A stretch of DNA of 64,000 nt, taken from the NCBI GenBank assembly GCA_963716255.1, contig OY970303.1, positions 5,984,001 to 6,048,000 on the forward strand, in the 5' to 3' direction. Made by a program: the position numbers and the translations under genes. This DNA is from an uncultured Gemmatimonadales bacterium. GTDB lineage: Bacteria; Gemmatimonadota; Gemmatimonadetes; Longimicrobiales; Longimicrobiaceae. The notes under the pieces are model-generated. The model was not told where the DNA came from, made no database searches, and saw only the letters and a list, made by a program, of their open reading frames with translations. Below are positions 1 to 9,138 of this stretch, piece by piece (positions within the stretch are counted from its first letter, which is position 1; every line of letters starts with the position of its first letter).

Positions 1-2
1 GG

Positions 3-1007
3 ACGCTGTTGTTCGTGGACGAGATCCACCGGCTCAACAAGGGGCAGCAGGACTTCCTCCTCCCCTTCATCGAGTCCGGGCTCCTCACCCTCATCGGCGC
101 CACCACCGAGCACCCCGGGTTCGAGATCAACCCCGCCGTGCTTTCCCGCTCGCGGGTGCTGGTGCTGGAGCCGCTGCGGCCGGAGGACGTGCGCGCCGTG
201 CTGCGCCGCGCGCTGGACGACGCCGAGCGCGGCCTGGGGGAGCTGGGGACGCGGCTGGACGACGAGGCCGAGGACGCGCTGGTGCGGGCCACCGGCGGCG
301 ACGCGCGGCAGGCGCTCACCGCGCTGGAGATCGCGGCGCGGCTGGCCGGCCCCGGCGCCACCCTCACCGAGGAGATGGTGCGCGAGGGGCTGCAGCAGCG
401 CACCGACCGGTACGACCCCACGCTGGCGTACGAGATGCTGTCCGCCTTCCACAAGTCGCTCCGCTCCTCCTCCGGCGAGGGGGCGCTGTACTGGGCCATG
501 CGCATGGTGCGCGGCGGCGAGGATCCCAAGACGCTCTTCCGCCGCATGATCGCCATGGCGTACGAGGACGTGGGCCTCGCCGACCCGCAGGCCGGCGTCG
601 TCGCGGTGCAGGCCATGCTCGCCTTCGAGCGGCTGGGCGCGCCCGAGGGCTATCTCCCCATGGCCAACGCCATCCTCTACCTGGCCCAGGCGCCCAAGTC
701 CAACCGCGCGTACATGGCGCTCCACGCCGCCACCGAGGCCGCGGAGCAGCACCCGGACGCGCCGGTGCCCCTTGCCCTGCGCAACGCCACCACCGGGCTG
801 ATGAAGGAGTGGGGGTACGGCAAGGAGTACCGGTACGCCCACAACTACGAGGGCGCCGTGGTGGACCAGCAGTGCCTCCCCGACGTGATCGCCGACGCCC
901 GCTTCTACGAGCCCTCCGACCGCGGCTTCGAGCGCGAGGTCGCCGCGCGCATCGCCGAGCGGCGGCGCGCCCTGGGCCGCGGCGACGCCCCGGAGCCGCC
1001 GGCTTGA
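3..1007 (+). CDS. rarA: Replication-associated recombination protein A (RarA/MgsA AAA+ ATPase), 5'-truncated by the window edge
   Basis: LFVDEIHRLNKGQQD, LIGATTEHP, SAFHKSLR, EDVGLADP, APKSN and GYGKEYRYAH motifs of the MgsA family; frame is open to the left edge. Confidence 0.93.
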   Translation, partial: TLLFVDEIHRLNKGQQDFLLPFIESGLLTLIGATTEHPGFEINPAVLSRSRVLVLEPLRPEDVRAVLRRALDDAERGLGELGTRLDDEAEDALVRATGGDARQALTALEIAARLAGPGATLTEEMVREGLQQRTDRYDPTLAYEMLSAFHKSLRSSSGEGALYWAMRMVRGGEDPKTLFRRMIAMAYEDVGLADPQAGVVAVQAMLAFERLGAPEGYLPMANAILYLAQAPKSNRAYMALHAATEAAEQHPDAPVPLALRNATTGLMKEWGYGKEYRYAHNYEGAVVDQQCLPDVIADARFYEPSDRGFEREVAARIAERRRALGRGDAPEPPA

Positions 1008-2236
1008 GCGCAGGCGCCGGGCTCCTCCTGCGCCTGGACGCGCGCCGCCTGCGCGGCGAACTGCGGCGCCCGCGCGCCGGCTCGCTCCTGGGCGTGCTGC
1101 TGCCGCTGCTCGTGCTGGCGGCCGGTATGCTCGTGGCGGGCCCGCGCCTGCGCCCCAGCGCCGCCGACGCCGAGGGCGCCGTGCTGCTGGGGCTGTGGGT
1201 GGGCGGCGCGGTCGGCTTCGTCGCGCACCCCCTCCTCCTCCGCCCCTCCGACGACGGCTTCCTCCGCCGCCTGGGCATTCCCGCAAGCTCGCTGTACGCG
1301 CACCGCGCCGCCCGCGTGCTTGCCGCGTCCCTGGGCATCGTGCTGCTCCTGCTGCTCCCCTTCGCCGCGGCGGGCGAGGGTGCGGCGCGCCCGCTGGCCG
1401 TGGGGCTGGCGGCGGGCGTCGCGGCGTGGGGCGCCGCGCTCTTCTTCCTGGCGCGGGCGGCGCTCGCCGTCGCGGGCGGGGGGAAGCCGGGGCTGTCGGC
1501 GCGGATGATGGGGTTCGACGGCGGGCTGGTGAAGGCCGCGCCGCTGGTGTACGCGCCGCTCTACCCGCTGCTGGCGGGCGCCGCCGGGGCGGGGTACGCG
1601 GGCGCCGCGCCGGGCGTGGACGCCGCGCGGGTGCTCACGGTGCTCGTCGTCGCGGCCGGGCTGGCGGCGCTGGGCGCGCGGCGCTTCGAGCGCGCGCTGC
1701 CGCGCTTCGCGCCCGCGGCGAACGAGATGGCGTTCGAGCCGCCGCCCGCGAAGGGCGCGGGCGCGCTGGTGACGGACCGCGGCCTGGCGCGGCTGCTGCC
1801 GCGCCGGGTGGCCGCGGCGTGGGCGCGCGACGCCGCCGTGCTGGGTCGCCGCTTCCGCTGGGCGGGGCGCATCGCCTGGCCGGTGGCCGCGGGCGGCGCC
1901 GTGGCGCTGCTGCGCTGGGGCGACGCGGAGGCGGTGCGCGGCTGGGTGGCCGCCGCGGGCGCGCTGGCGCTCGCCGCGCAGGGCGCCGCGCTGGTGGCGC
2001 TGGGCCGCCACGAGCGCGGCCCGCGCTGGATCGACCGGGGGGTGGGGCTGGGGTGGGGCGCGCGGCTGGGCGGGCGCTGGGCGGCGGGGGCGGGGATGGC
2101 CTTCTGGCTGGTGCTGCCGCTGGCGCTGTGCTGGGGCGCGCGGGGGCCCGGCGGCCCCGGCTGGGAGTGGCTTCTGGCGGCGCTCGCCACCAGCGGCGGC
2201 GCGGCGGCGGTCTCGGTCGCGGCGGCGGGGAGGTGA
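1004..2236 (+). CDS. Multi-pass membrane protein, probable ABC exporter permease
   Basis: TTG start overlaps the rarA stop; many hydrophobic segments; coupled to the downstream ABC ATPase. Confidence 0.65.
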   Translation: MSAGAGLLLRLDARRLRGELRRPRAGSLLGVLLPLLVLAAGMLVAGPRLRPSAADAEGAVLLGLWVGGAVGFVAHPLLLRPSDDGFLRRLGIPASSLYAHRAARVLAASLGIVLLLLLPFAAAGEGAARPLAVGLAAGVAAWGAALFFLARAALAVAGGGKPGLSARMMGFDGGLVKAAPLVYAPLYPLLAGAAGAGYAGAAPGVDAARVLTVLVVAAGLAALGARRFERALPRFAPAANEMAFEPPPAKGAGALVTDRGLARLLPRRVAAAWARDAAVLGRRFRWAGRIAWPVAAGGAVALLRWGDAEAVRGWVAAAGALALAAQGAALVALGRHERGPRWIDRGVGLGWGARLGGRWAAGAGMAFWLVLPLALCWGARGPGGPGWEWLLAALATSGGAAAVSVAAAGR

Positions 2237-2979
2237 GAGTGGAGGACGCGGCCGTGCTGGAAGTGCGGGGGATGGGCAAGGCGTACCGCGGGCGCGCCGT
2301 GCTGCGCGACGTGGCGTTCGCCGTGCGCCCGGGCGAGTGCGTGGCGCTGCTGGGCTCCAACGGCGCCGGCAAGAGCACGCTGCTGGGGTGTCTCACCGGC
2401 GACCGCCTCCCCGACCGGGGCACGGTGCGCGTCTGCGGCGCCGACCCGTTCTCGGACCCCCGCGCGGCGGCCGGGTGTATGGGTGTGGTCCCGGAGCGGC
2501 CCTTCCTGTACGAGGAGCTGACGGTTTCCGAGCTGCTGCGCTTCGTCGCCGCGGCGCGCAACCTGCCGGAAGCGGATGCCGCGGCCGAGGCGGACCGCCT
2601 GCTGGCCCTGCTGGGCCTGCGCGGCGCGGAGGAATTGCTCTGCCGGGAGCTGTCGCAGGGGATGGGGCGCAAGACGGCGCTGGTCGTCGCCCTGCTCCAC
2701 CGTCCCCGCGCCATCCTGCTGGACGAGGCGCTGAACGGCCTGGACGCCCCCTCGGTGCGCCGCGTGGTGGAGGAGCTGGACCGCCGCCGCGCCGCGGGCG
2801 CCGCGGTCCTCCTGTCCAGCCACGACCTGGAGCTGGTGGCGGAGTGGTGCGGCCGCGGCATCCTGCTCGCCCCCGGCACCCGCTGGGCGAGCCTGGAGGG
2901 CGACGCCTGGCAGGCCTGGCGCGCCGCGCCCACGCTGGAGCTGGGGGAAACGGCAGGGCCCTCACCCGGCTCGCTTTAG
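2233..2979 (+). CDS. ABC transporter ATP-binding protein
   Basis: Walker A GSNGAGKST, signature-like LSQGM, Walker B ILLDE, SSHD switch; GTG overlaps the upstream stop. Confidence 0.88.
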   Translation: MRVEDAAVLEVRGMGKAYRGRAVLRDVAFAVRPGECVALLGSNGAGKSTLLGCLTGDRLPDRGTVRVCGADPFSDPRAAAGCMGVVPERPFLYEELTVSELLRFVAAARNLPEADAAAEADRLLALLGLRGAEELLCRELSQGMGRKTALVVALLHRPRAILLDEALNGLDAPSVRRVVEELDRRRAAGAAVLLSSHDLELVAEWCGRGILLAPGTRWASLEGDAWQAWRAAPTLELGETAGPSPGSL

Positions 2980-3011
2980 GCTCGCCACCCTCTCCCAATT
3001 CTGGGAGAGGG
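2959..3011. repeat. Family C REP-like element
   Basis: CCCTCACCCGGCTCGCTTTAGGCTCGCCA followed by the CCCTCTCCCA-ATTC-TGGGAGAGGG palindrome; near-identical copies at 14858, 23252 and 51481. Confidence 0.85.
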
Positions 3012-3053
3012 TGCCGGGGGGAGGGGGCCCCCGCGGACGCCAGCGCGAACCCC

Positions 3054-3180
3054 GCGTGAGGGATTTCGGCCCGAAGGGGCGAGACCCGGCGGCAGTTTGC
3101 CGGGGCTCGACTCCGTTACGCAGCGTTGTTTGCTGCGTTACGGAGCCGAAGCCCGACCCCGGCGCCAGCCGGGGGCACGC
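3054..3180 (+). repeat. Family A structured repeat, copy A1
   Basis: GCGTGAGGGATTTCGG...CCGAAGCCCGACCCCGG...GGGCACGC; one of 8 copies. Confidence 0.92.
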
Positions 3181-3232
3181 CCGAACCCGGCAGCTGCAGT
3201 CCGGTCTTACGATTCTGAAAAAGGCAACGAAC

Positions 3233-3724
3233 ATGATTCGCTCGACGACGCGCGCCGCGCTCTCGCTCCTGGTCCTGGCGATGCTCACCGCCTGCGGGAC
3301 CTTCGGCTTCCGCCAGCCCCGGGTGACGCTGGACGGGGTGCAGCTGGGCGGCCTGGGCCTGCGCGGCGGCACGCTGCTGGTGAACCTGCGGGTGGAGAAC
3401 CCCAACGGCTTCGCCCTGAACGCGGAGCGCCTGCGCTACGACCTGGCGCTGCGCGACCCGGACGAGGCCGGCGACTCGGCGTGGATCGACTTCGCCACCG
3501 GCACCTTCGACCGGGAGTTCACGGTGGGCGCGCGCGCCACGGAAACGGTGCAGATCCCGGTGGAGTTCAGCTACGCCGGGCTGGGCGGCGCGGCGTCGTC
3601 CATCCTGCGCAACGGCACCTTCCACTACCGCGCCAACGGCGAGGTGGACGTGGATACCCCCATCGGGACGCGCTCGGTGCCGTTCACCAAGCGGGGGACG
3701 TTCACCATGGCGGGGGTGAGGTGA
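3233..3724 (+). CDS. LEA_2/WHy-domain lipoprotein
   Basis: Lipobox LTAC; LRVENPNGFAL motif; beta-rich pattern typical of LEA type 2. Confidence 0.82.
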   Translation: MIRSTTRAALSLLVLAMLTACGTFGFRQPRVTLDGVQLGGLGLRGGTLLVNLRVENPNGFALNAERLRYDLALRDPDEAGDSAWIDFATGTFDREFTVGARATETVQIPVEFSYAGLGGAASSILRNGTFHYRANGEVDVDTPIGTRSVPFTKRGTFTMAGVR

Positions 3725-3725
3725 C

Positions 3726-5681
3726 GTGACGCTGGTCCGCTTCTCGGGCGTCGGGAAGCAGTTCGGGGACCGCTGGGTCCTGCGCGGCGTGGACTTCCAG
3801 GCCGCGGCCGGGGACCGCTGGGGGATCGTGGGGCGCAACGGGGTGGGGAAGACGACGCTCTTTCGCCTGCTGACCGGCGCCGACGACGCCACCGAGGGCG
3901 AGATCTGGCGCCACCCGGGGATCCGCTTCACGCTGCTCCGCCAGAACCGGGGCGAATCGAGCGCCGCCACCGTCCGGGAGGCGGCGCTCGAGCCGTTCGC
4001 GGAGCTGCTTGCGATGGAGGGGCGCATCGAGGCGATGGCCGCGGAGCTGGGGCGCGTGGACACGGCCTCGCCCGAGGGCGGCCGGCTGCTGCGCGACTAC
4101 GACCGCGACGTGGAGGAGTTCCGGCGCCGCGGCGGCTACGACGCGCACGCCCGCGCGGAGGCGGCGCTGGAGGGGCTGGGCTTCCCGCAGGACACGTGGG
4201 AAAAGGAAGTGCGCTCCCTGAGCGGCGGTGAGCTGGGGCGGCTGCGGCTGGCGCAGACGCTGCTCGCGGAGCCGGACGTGCTGCTGCTGGACGAGCCCAC
4301 CAACCACCTGGACCTGCGCTCCACGGAGTGGCTGGAGGCGTTCCTGCGCGGCTACGCGGGGACGGTGATGGTGGTGTCGCACGACCGGGTGTTCCTGGAG
4401 CGGCTGGCGGACCACGTGCTGCACCTGGAGGAAGGGACGGCCTTCGCGTACACGGGGGGCTACGAGTCCTTTCTGACGCAGCGCGAGGAGCGGCGCGCGG
4501 TGCAGCTGAAGCAGTGGGAGAAGCAGCAGGCGCACGTCGCCCGCACGGAGGAGTTCATCCGCCGCAACCTGGCGGGTCAGAAGACGAAGCAGGCGAAGAG
4601 CCGCCGCACGCTGCTGTCGCGCATGGAGCGGGTGGACCGTCCGGACGACGAGGGGCGCGCGATGGCGCTGCGCTTCGGCGAGGGCGGCCGCAGCGGGGGC
4701 ACGGTGCTGAAGCTGGACGGGGTCACGACGTCGTTCGGCGAGCGGCGCCTGTTCGCCCCGTTCTCGGCGGAGGTGAGCCGCGACGAGCGGGTGGCGGTGG
4801 TGGGAGCCAACGGCAGCGGCAAGTCCACGCTGATGCGCGCCCTCGCGGGGGAGACGCGGCCCACGGGCGGCTCGGTGCTCCCGGGCGCCGGGGTGCGCGC
4901 GGCCTACTACCGGCAGGACTTCACGCACCTGGATCCGGCGCGCCGCGTGTGGGAGGAGGTGCTGCAGGCGTCGCCCGCGCTGCCCATGGGCGAGCTGCGC
5001 GACCACCTGGCGCGCTTCCTCTTCCGCAAGGACGAGATCGAGGCGCACGTGGGGGACCTGTCCGGCGGGGAGCAGGCGCGCGTGGCGCTGGCGAAGATCA
5101 CGCTCCAGCGGGTCAACCTGCTGCTGCTGGACGAGCCCACCAACCACCTGGACATCGAGAGCCGGGAGGTGCTGGAGGAGGCGCTGGAGAGCTTCGAGGG
5201 CACCGTGGTGCTGATCTCGCACGACCGCGCGTTCCTCGCCAACGTGGCTACGCGCATCTGGAACGTGGAGAACGGACGCATCGCGGACTTCGCGGGCGGC
5301 TTCGACGAGTGGCAGGAGCGGCAGCGGGAGCTGGCGGCCGGCGTTTCGGCGGCGCCGTCGCGCTCCACGGCACCGTCGTCCGCGGGCGCGGCGAAGCCGG
5401 CCGCGTCGTCCCCGGCAGCGGCGGGAACGGGCGGCGGGCTCTCCAAGAACGAGCTGCAGCGGCGCCGGCAGCGCATGGAGCAGGTGGAGGCGCGGATCCA
5501 CGAGGTGGAAGAGCAAATCGCACGGGTGGAGACGGCGCTCGCGGCGCCCGGGCTCTACGCGGCGGGCGCGGACCCCAGGCGCGCGCAGGAGCTGGCCGCG
5601 GAGCGGGACGCGGCGCGGGCGGAGCTGGCGGCGCTGTACGCGGAGTGGGAGCGGGTGGGGGAGGAGCTGGCGGGGGTGTGA
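3726..5681 (+). CDS. ABC-F family ATP-binding protein
   Basis: Two NBDs (GRNGVGKTT, GANGSGKST), two LSGGE, two LLLDEPTNHLD; C-terminal coiled coil; no TM segments. Confidence 0.92.
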   Translation: MTLVRFSGVGKQFGDRWVLRGVDFQAAAGDRWGIVGRNGVGKTTLFRLLTGADDATEGEIWRHPGIRFTLLRQNRGESSAATVREAALEPFAELLAMEGRIEAMAAELGRVDTASPEGGRLLRDYDRDVEEFRRRGGYDAHARAEAALEGLGFPQDTWEKEVRSLSGGELGRLRLAQTLLAEPDVLLLDEPTNHLDLRSTEWLEAFLRGYAGTVMVVSHDRVFLERLADHVLHLEEGTAFAYTGGYESFLTQREERRAVQLKQWEKQQAHVARTEEFIRRNLAGQKTKQAKSRRTLLSRMERVDRPDDEGRAMALRFGEGGRSGGTVLKLDGVTTSFGERRLFAPFSAEVSRDERVAVVGANGSGKSTLMRALAGETRPTGGSVLPGAGVRAAYYRQDFTHLDPARRVWEEVLQASPALPMGELRDHLARFLFRKDEIEAHVGDLSGGEQARVALAKITLQRVNLLLLDEPTNHLDIESREVLEEALESFEGTVVLISHDRAFLANVATRIWNVENGRIADFAGGFDEWQERQRELAAGVSAAPSRSTAPSSAGAAKPAASSPAAAGTGGGLSKNELQRRRQRMEQVEARIHEVEEQIARVETALAAPGLYAAGADPRRAQELAAERDAARAELAALYAEWERVGEELAGV

Positions 5682-5706
5682 CCTTCTCTCGACGCAGGAG
5701 AGTCCA

Positions 5707-5916
5707 ATGACTCGCGAGGTCCTTGTCCGTTGGAGCGCCGAGGACGCCGTCTTCGTCGCCGAAGTGCCTGAACTTCCCGGATGCATGGCGCACGGAGATT
5801 CGCAGGAGGCTGCGCTCACGAACGCACAGGACGCGATCCAGCTCTGGATCGACACTGCCAAGGAATTCGGTGATCCGGTTCCGGAGCCGAAAGGGCGCCG
5901 CCTGATGCTCGCATGA
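5707..5916 (+). CDS. hicB: HicB-family antitoxin (short, no DNA-binding domain)
   Basis: WSAEDAVFVAEVPELPGCMAHGDS...EALxNAxDAI pattern; AGGAG RBS. Confidence 0.85.
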   Translation: MTREVLVRWSAEDAVFVAEVPELPGCMAHGDSQEAALTNAQDAIQLWIDTAKEFGDPVPEPKGRRLMLA

Positions 5917-6116
5917 CTGATCCGCTCTCCCGGCTCACGATCGAGACTGACCGTGAGGAGGACGGCCGCTGGATCGCCGAGGTGGTGGACCTTCCCGGCG
6001 TCCTCGTCTACGGCGCTACCGAGGAGGATGCGACCCATCGCGCGAAGCTGCTTGCGGCAGAAGTGCTGGCCGATCGGGCAGAGCACGGAGAGAGTCGCGG
6101 CGGCCTGGCCGAGTAG
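5913..6116 (+). CDS. HicB-like antitoxin
   Basis: DREEDGRWIAEVVDLPGVLVYGAT pattern; ATGA overlap with the previous gene. Confidence 0.8.
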   Translation: MTDPLSRLTIETDREEDGRWIAEVVDLPGVLVYGATEEDATHRAKLLAAEVLADRAEHGESRGGLAE

Positions 6117-6439
6117 GGATGGCGTCTGCGAAGCGGAGAATCCACACCTGAACGGGCGAGCGGAACGTCGGGTCTACTCGCCCGCCGCCGTTTCACCCCT
6201 GGCTAGGTGGAGCCCGCCCTCGAAGGCCGGCACGATGATCGCGGCATCTGCGGGGCCGGCGGACCGGAACCGGGATCTCGCCGCCACACCCATTGCGGAG
6301 TGCGGGCGTCTGATGGCACCCTTCCGGCCGAGGGGCGCTCGTGCGAGCGGTAGCTTCCGCACCGGCCGCGGCGGCAAACGGGACGTGATGTCGGGTGTAC
6401 AGGAGTGACGATTCGGCGCACAGTTCAGAGGAGCAGGTG

Positions 6440-6649
6440 ATGAGAACCTTCACCGCAGTGGTCGAGCGTGACCCGGAATCGGGAATTTACGTGGGCTACG
6501 TACCCGGTTTTCCTGGTGCGCATTCGCAGGGGGACACGCTCGACGAGCTGAACCAGAACCTCCAGGAGGTGATCGAAATGCTCTTGGAGGATGGTGACCC
6601 CAAGCTGGAGGCGGAGTTCGTCGGGACGCAGACGGTCAAGGTCGCCTGA
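6440..6649 (+). CDS. hicB: HicB-family antitoxin
   Basis: VVERDPESGIYVGYVPGFPGAHSQGDTLDEL; GAGGAG upstream. Confidence 0.85.
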   Translation: MRTFTAVVERDPESGIYVGYVPGFPGAHSQGDTLDELNQNLQEVIEMLLEDGDPKLEAEFVGTQTVKVA

Positions 6650-6874
6650 ATGGGGGACAGGCCGGTCCTGAAGCCACGGGAAGTCATCGCCATTCTGGAG
6701 CGACTCGGCTTCATCGAGGTCCGACAGAAGGGCTCGCACAAGCGGTTCCGGCATCCGGACGGGCGTGGTACGACAGTCCCCTTCCATGCTCATCGCGACC
6801 TCCAGCCGACTTTGCTTCGCCAGATCGCGAAGGACGTCGGATTGGCGCTCGAAGACCTTCTGAAACGCCGGTGA
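6650..6874 (+). CDS. hicA: HicA-family mRNA interferase toxin
   Basis: [31 protein letters not shown] with the catalytic GSH. Confidence 0.9.
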   Translation: MGDRPVLKPREVIAILERLGFIEVRQKGSHKRFRHPDGRGTTVPFHAHRDLQPTLLRQIAKDVGLALEDLLKRR

Positions 6875-6910
6875 TCTGCGGATCGCGATGACCGGCGAGG
6901 AGACAGAACG

Positions 6911-8212
6911 ATTTCTACCAGAGAACTTCACGAGCTGGCTGTGCCGCGGGAGCGCGCGGTCCTCGTGGGCGCGCCGGAAAAAGGCCTCCCGCAGCAGCTC
7001 GCCGACGAGCACATCGAGGAGCTGGGCCGCCTCACCGACACCGCCGGGCCCGAGGTGGTGGGGAAGCTCACGCAGAAGATCGACAAGCCCAATCCCCGCC
7101 TGTTCATCGGCGAGGGCAAGGCCGAGGAGCTGAAGACGCTGATCGAGGATTCCGGCGCCACCCTCATCATCTTCGACGACGAGCTGTCGCCGGCCCAGGG
7201 GCGCAACCTGGAGGAGGTCACCGGCACGCGCGTCATGGACCGCGCCGAGCTGATCCTGGACATCTTCGCCACGCGCGCGCGCAGCTCCGAGGCCCGCGCG
7301 CAGGTGGAGCTGGCGCAGCTCCAGTACATGCGGCCGCGGCTCACCCGCATGTGGACCCACCTTTCGCGGTCGCGCTCCGGACCCGGCATGCGCGGCCCCG
7401 GCGAGACGCAGCTGGAGACGGACCGTCGGCTGATCGACCACCGCATCGTCAAGCTCAAGGACGAGCTGGAGCGCGTGGCCCGGCAGCGCGCCACCCAGCG
7501 CAAGGGTCGCGAGGGGAGCCTGCGCGCCTCGCTGGTGGGGTACACCAACGCCGGCAAGTCGTCGGTGCTGCGGGGGGTGTCGGGGAGCGACGTGTTCGTG
7601 GAGGACCGCCTCTTCGCCACGCTGGACCCCACCACGCGCGCCATCGAGGTGGGCGAGGGCGCCGAGGTGCTGCTCACCGACACCGTGGGCTTCATCCGCA
7701 AGCTCCCGCACCACCTGGTCGCCTCCTTCCGGGCGACGCTGGAGGAAGCGCGCGAGGCCGACGTGCTGCTGCACGTGATCGACGCCTCGCACCCCAGCTG
7801 GGAGGAGCAGAAGGACGTGGTGGAGGACGTGCTCGCCGACCTGGGCCTCCAGGACCGCCCCACCGTGCTGGTGTTCAACAAGATCGACCGGCTCACGCAC
7901 GAGGAGGAGGAGGCGCTGCGGGCCCGATCGCCCTCGTACCAGGGGACCCCGGCCATCTTCGTTTCCACGGTGGAGCCCGGCGGGCTGGACGCGCTGCGCG
8001 AGATGCTGGTGGCCAAGGTGCAGGAGATGCGGCCCGAGGTGCGCATCACCCTGTCGTCCACGCAGGGCGGGATGCTCGCCGAGATCTACCGCGACGGCGA
8101 GGTGCTGGAGCGGGAGGACGGCGGGGCGGAGATCACGCTGCGCGCGCGGCTTCCCGCCTCCACCCTGGGCCGCCTGCGCAGCCGCGGCGTCAAGGTGTAC
8201 GGGATCGCGTGA
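6911..8212 (+). CDS. hflX: GTPase HflX (probable ATT start at 6911; first canonical GTG at 6941)
   Basis: LILDIFATRA, GPGETQLETDRR, GYTNAGKS, FATLDPT, DTVGF and NKID motifs. Confidence 0.95.
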   Translation: MSTRELHELAVPRERAVLVGAPEKGLPQQLADEHIEELGRLTDTAGPEVVGKLTQKIDKPNPRLFIGEGKAEELKTLIEDSGATLIIFDDELSPAQGRNLEEVTGTRVMDRAELILDIFATRARSSEARAQVELAQLQYMRPRLTRMWTHLSRSRSGPGMRGPGETQLETDRRLIDHRIVKLKDELERVARQRATQRKGREGSLRASLVGYTNAGKSSVLRGVSGSDVFVEDRLFATLDPTTRAIEVGEGAEVLLTDTVGFIRKLPHHLVASFRATLEEAREADVLLHVIDASHPSWEEQKDVVEDVLADLGLQDRPTVLVFNKIDRLTHEEEEALRARSPSYQGTPAIFVSTVEPGGLDALREMLVAKVQEMRPEVRITLSSTQGGMLAEIYRDGEVLEREDGGAEITLRARLPASTLGRLRSRGVKVYGIA

Positions 8213-9118
8213 GCGGAGCCGGTCCCGCGCCGGACGGGCTCTGGATCGTGGGGCCGGGGAGGACGGGGCTCGCCCTGGGGCTCCTCCTCCACCGCGCGGG
8301 CGCCGCCGCCCCGCTCGTCTACACCGGGCGGGGCGACGCCGCCCCGGCGCACCCCCTGTTCGCGGCGGATCCGCCCGCCGCGGCGTACCTTCCCTGGAGC
8401 GGCGCCCCGCCCGCCGGAATCGGCGGGGTCCTCCTCGCCGTCCCCGACGCGGTGGTCCCCGACGTCGCCGCCCGCCTCGCCCGGCTCCCCCTCCAGCCGG
8501 AAGTTCCCGTCCTGCACCTCAGCGGCAGCCTGGAGATGGACGCGCTGGCGCCGCTGGCGCGCGCCGGGCACTCCGTGGGCGGCCTGCACCCGCTCTGCTC
8601 GGTGGCCGACCCGGTGGAGGGCGCGGACCGGCTGCGCGGCGCCACCTTCGGCGTGGAGGGCGAGGGGGCGGCGCGGGCGCTGGCGGAGCGCATCGTCCGC
8701 GCGGCGGGGGACGGCGCTGGAGCTGGCCCCGGGGCATCGGACGGCGTACCACGCCGCCGCCGTGTTCGCCTCCAACTACGTGGTGGCGCTGCTCGCCGTG
8801 GCGGAGCGGCTGATGGCGAGCGCCGGGATCCCGGCCGAGCGCGCACGCCCCGCGCTCGCCGGCCTGGCAGCCGGCGCCGTGGAGAACGTGCGGGACACCG
8901 GCCCCGCGGCGGCGCTCACCGGCCCGGTGTCGCGCGGCGACGCGGCAACGGTGGCGCGGCACCTGGCGCGGTTGTCCGGGGACGAGCGCCGCTTATATTC
9001 CCTGCTCGCCGCCGAGACGCTGCGCCTTGCGCGCGCCCGCGGCCTGGACGCCGCCGCCGCGGCGCGGCTGGAAGCGCTGATCGCGAGCGAGCCCGGAGAC
9101 CCGCCGCCGCCGGGCTGA
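8209..9118 (+). pseudogene. Rossmann-like + DUF2520 oxidoreductase, frameshifted at a G5 run (8706-8710)
   Basis: IVGPGRTG, LLAVPD, HLSGS and LHPL in one frame; YHAAAVFASNY, ALTGPVSRGD and VARHL in the next frame. Confidence 0.75.
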
Positions 9119-9138
9119 GCCCGAAGCCACCGGGAGCC

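Noticed and set aside
3054..3180. Family A as a tRNA or riboswitch
   Set aside because: No T-loop or anticodon geometry; it occurs in both orientations next to unrelated genes.
6174..6377. Minus-strand ORF with ADAAIIVPAFEGGLHL, faintly like a PIN toxin C-terminus
   Set aside because: Too short and weak to call without a profile search.
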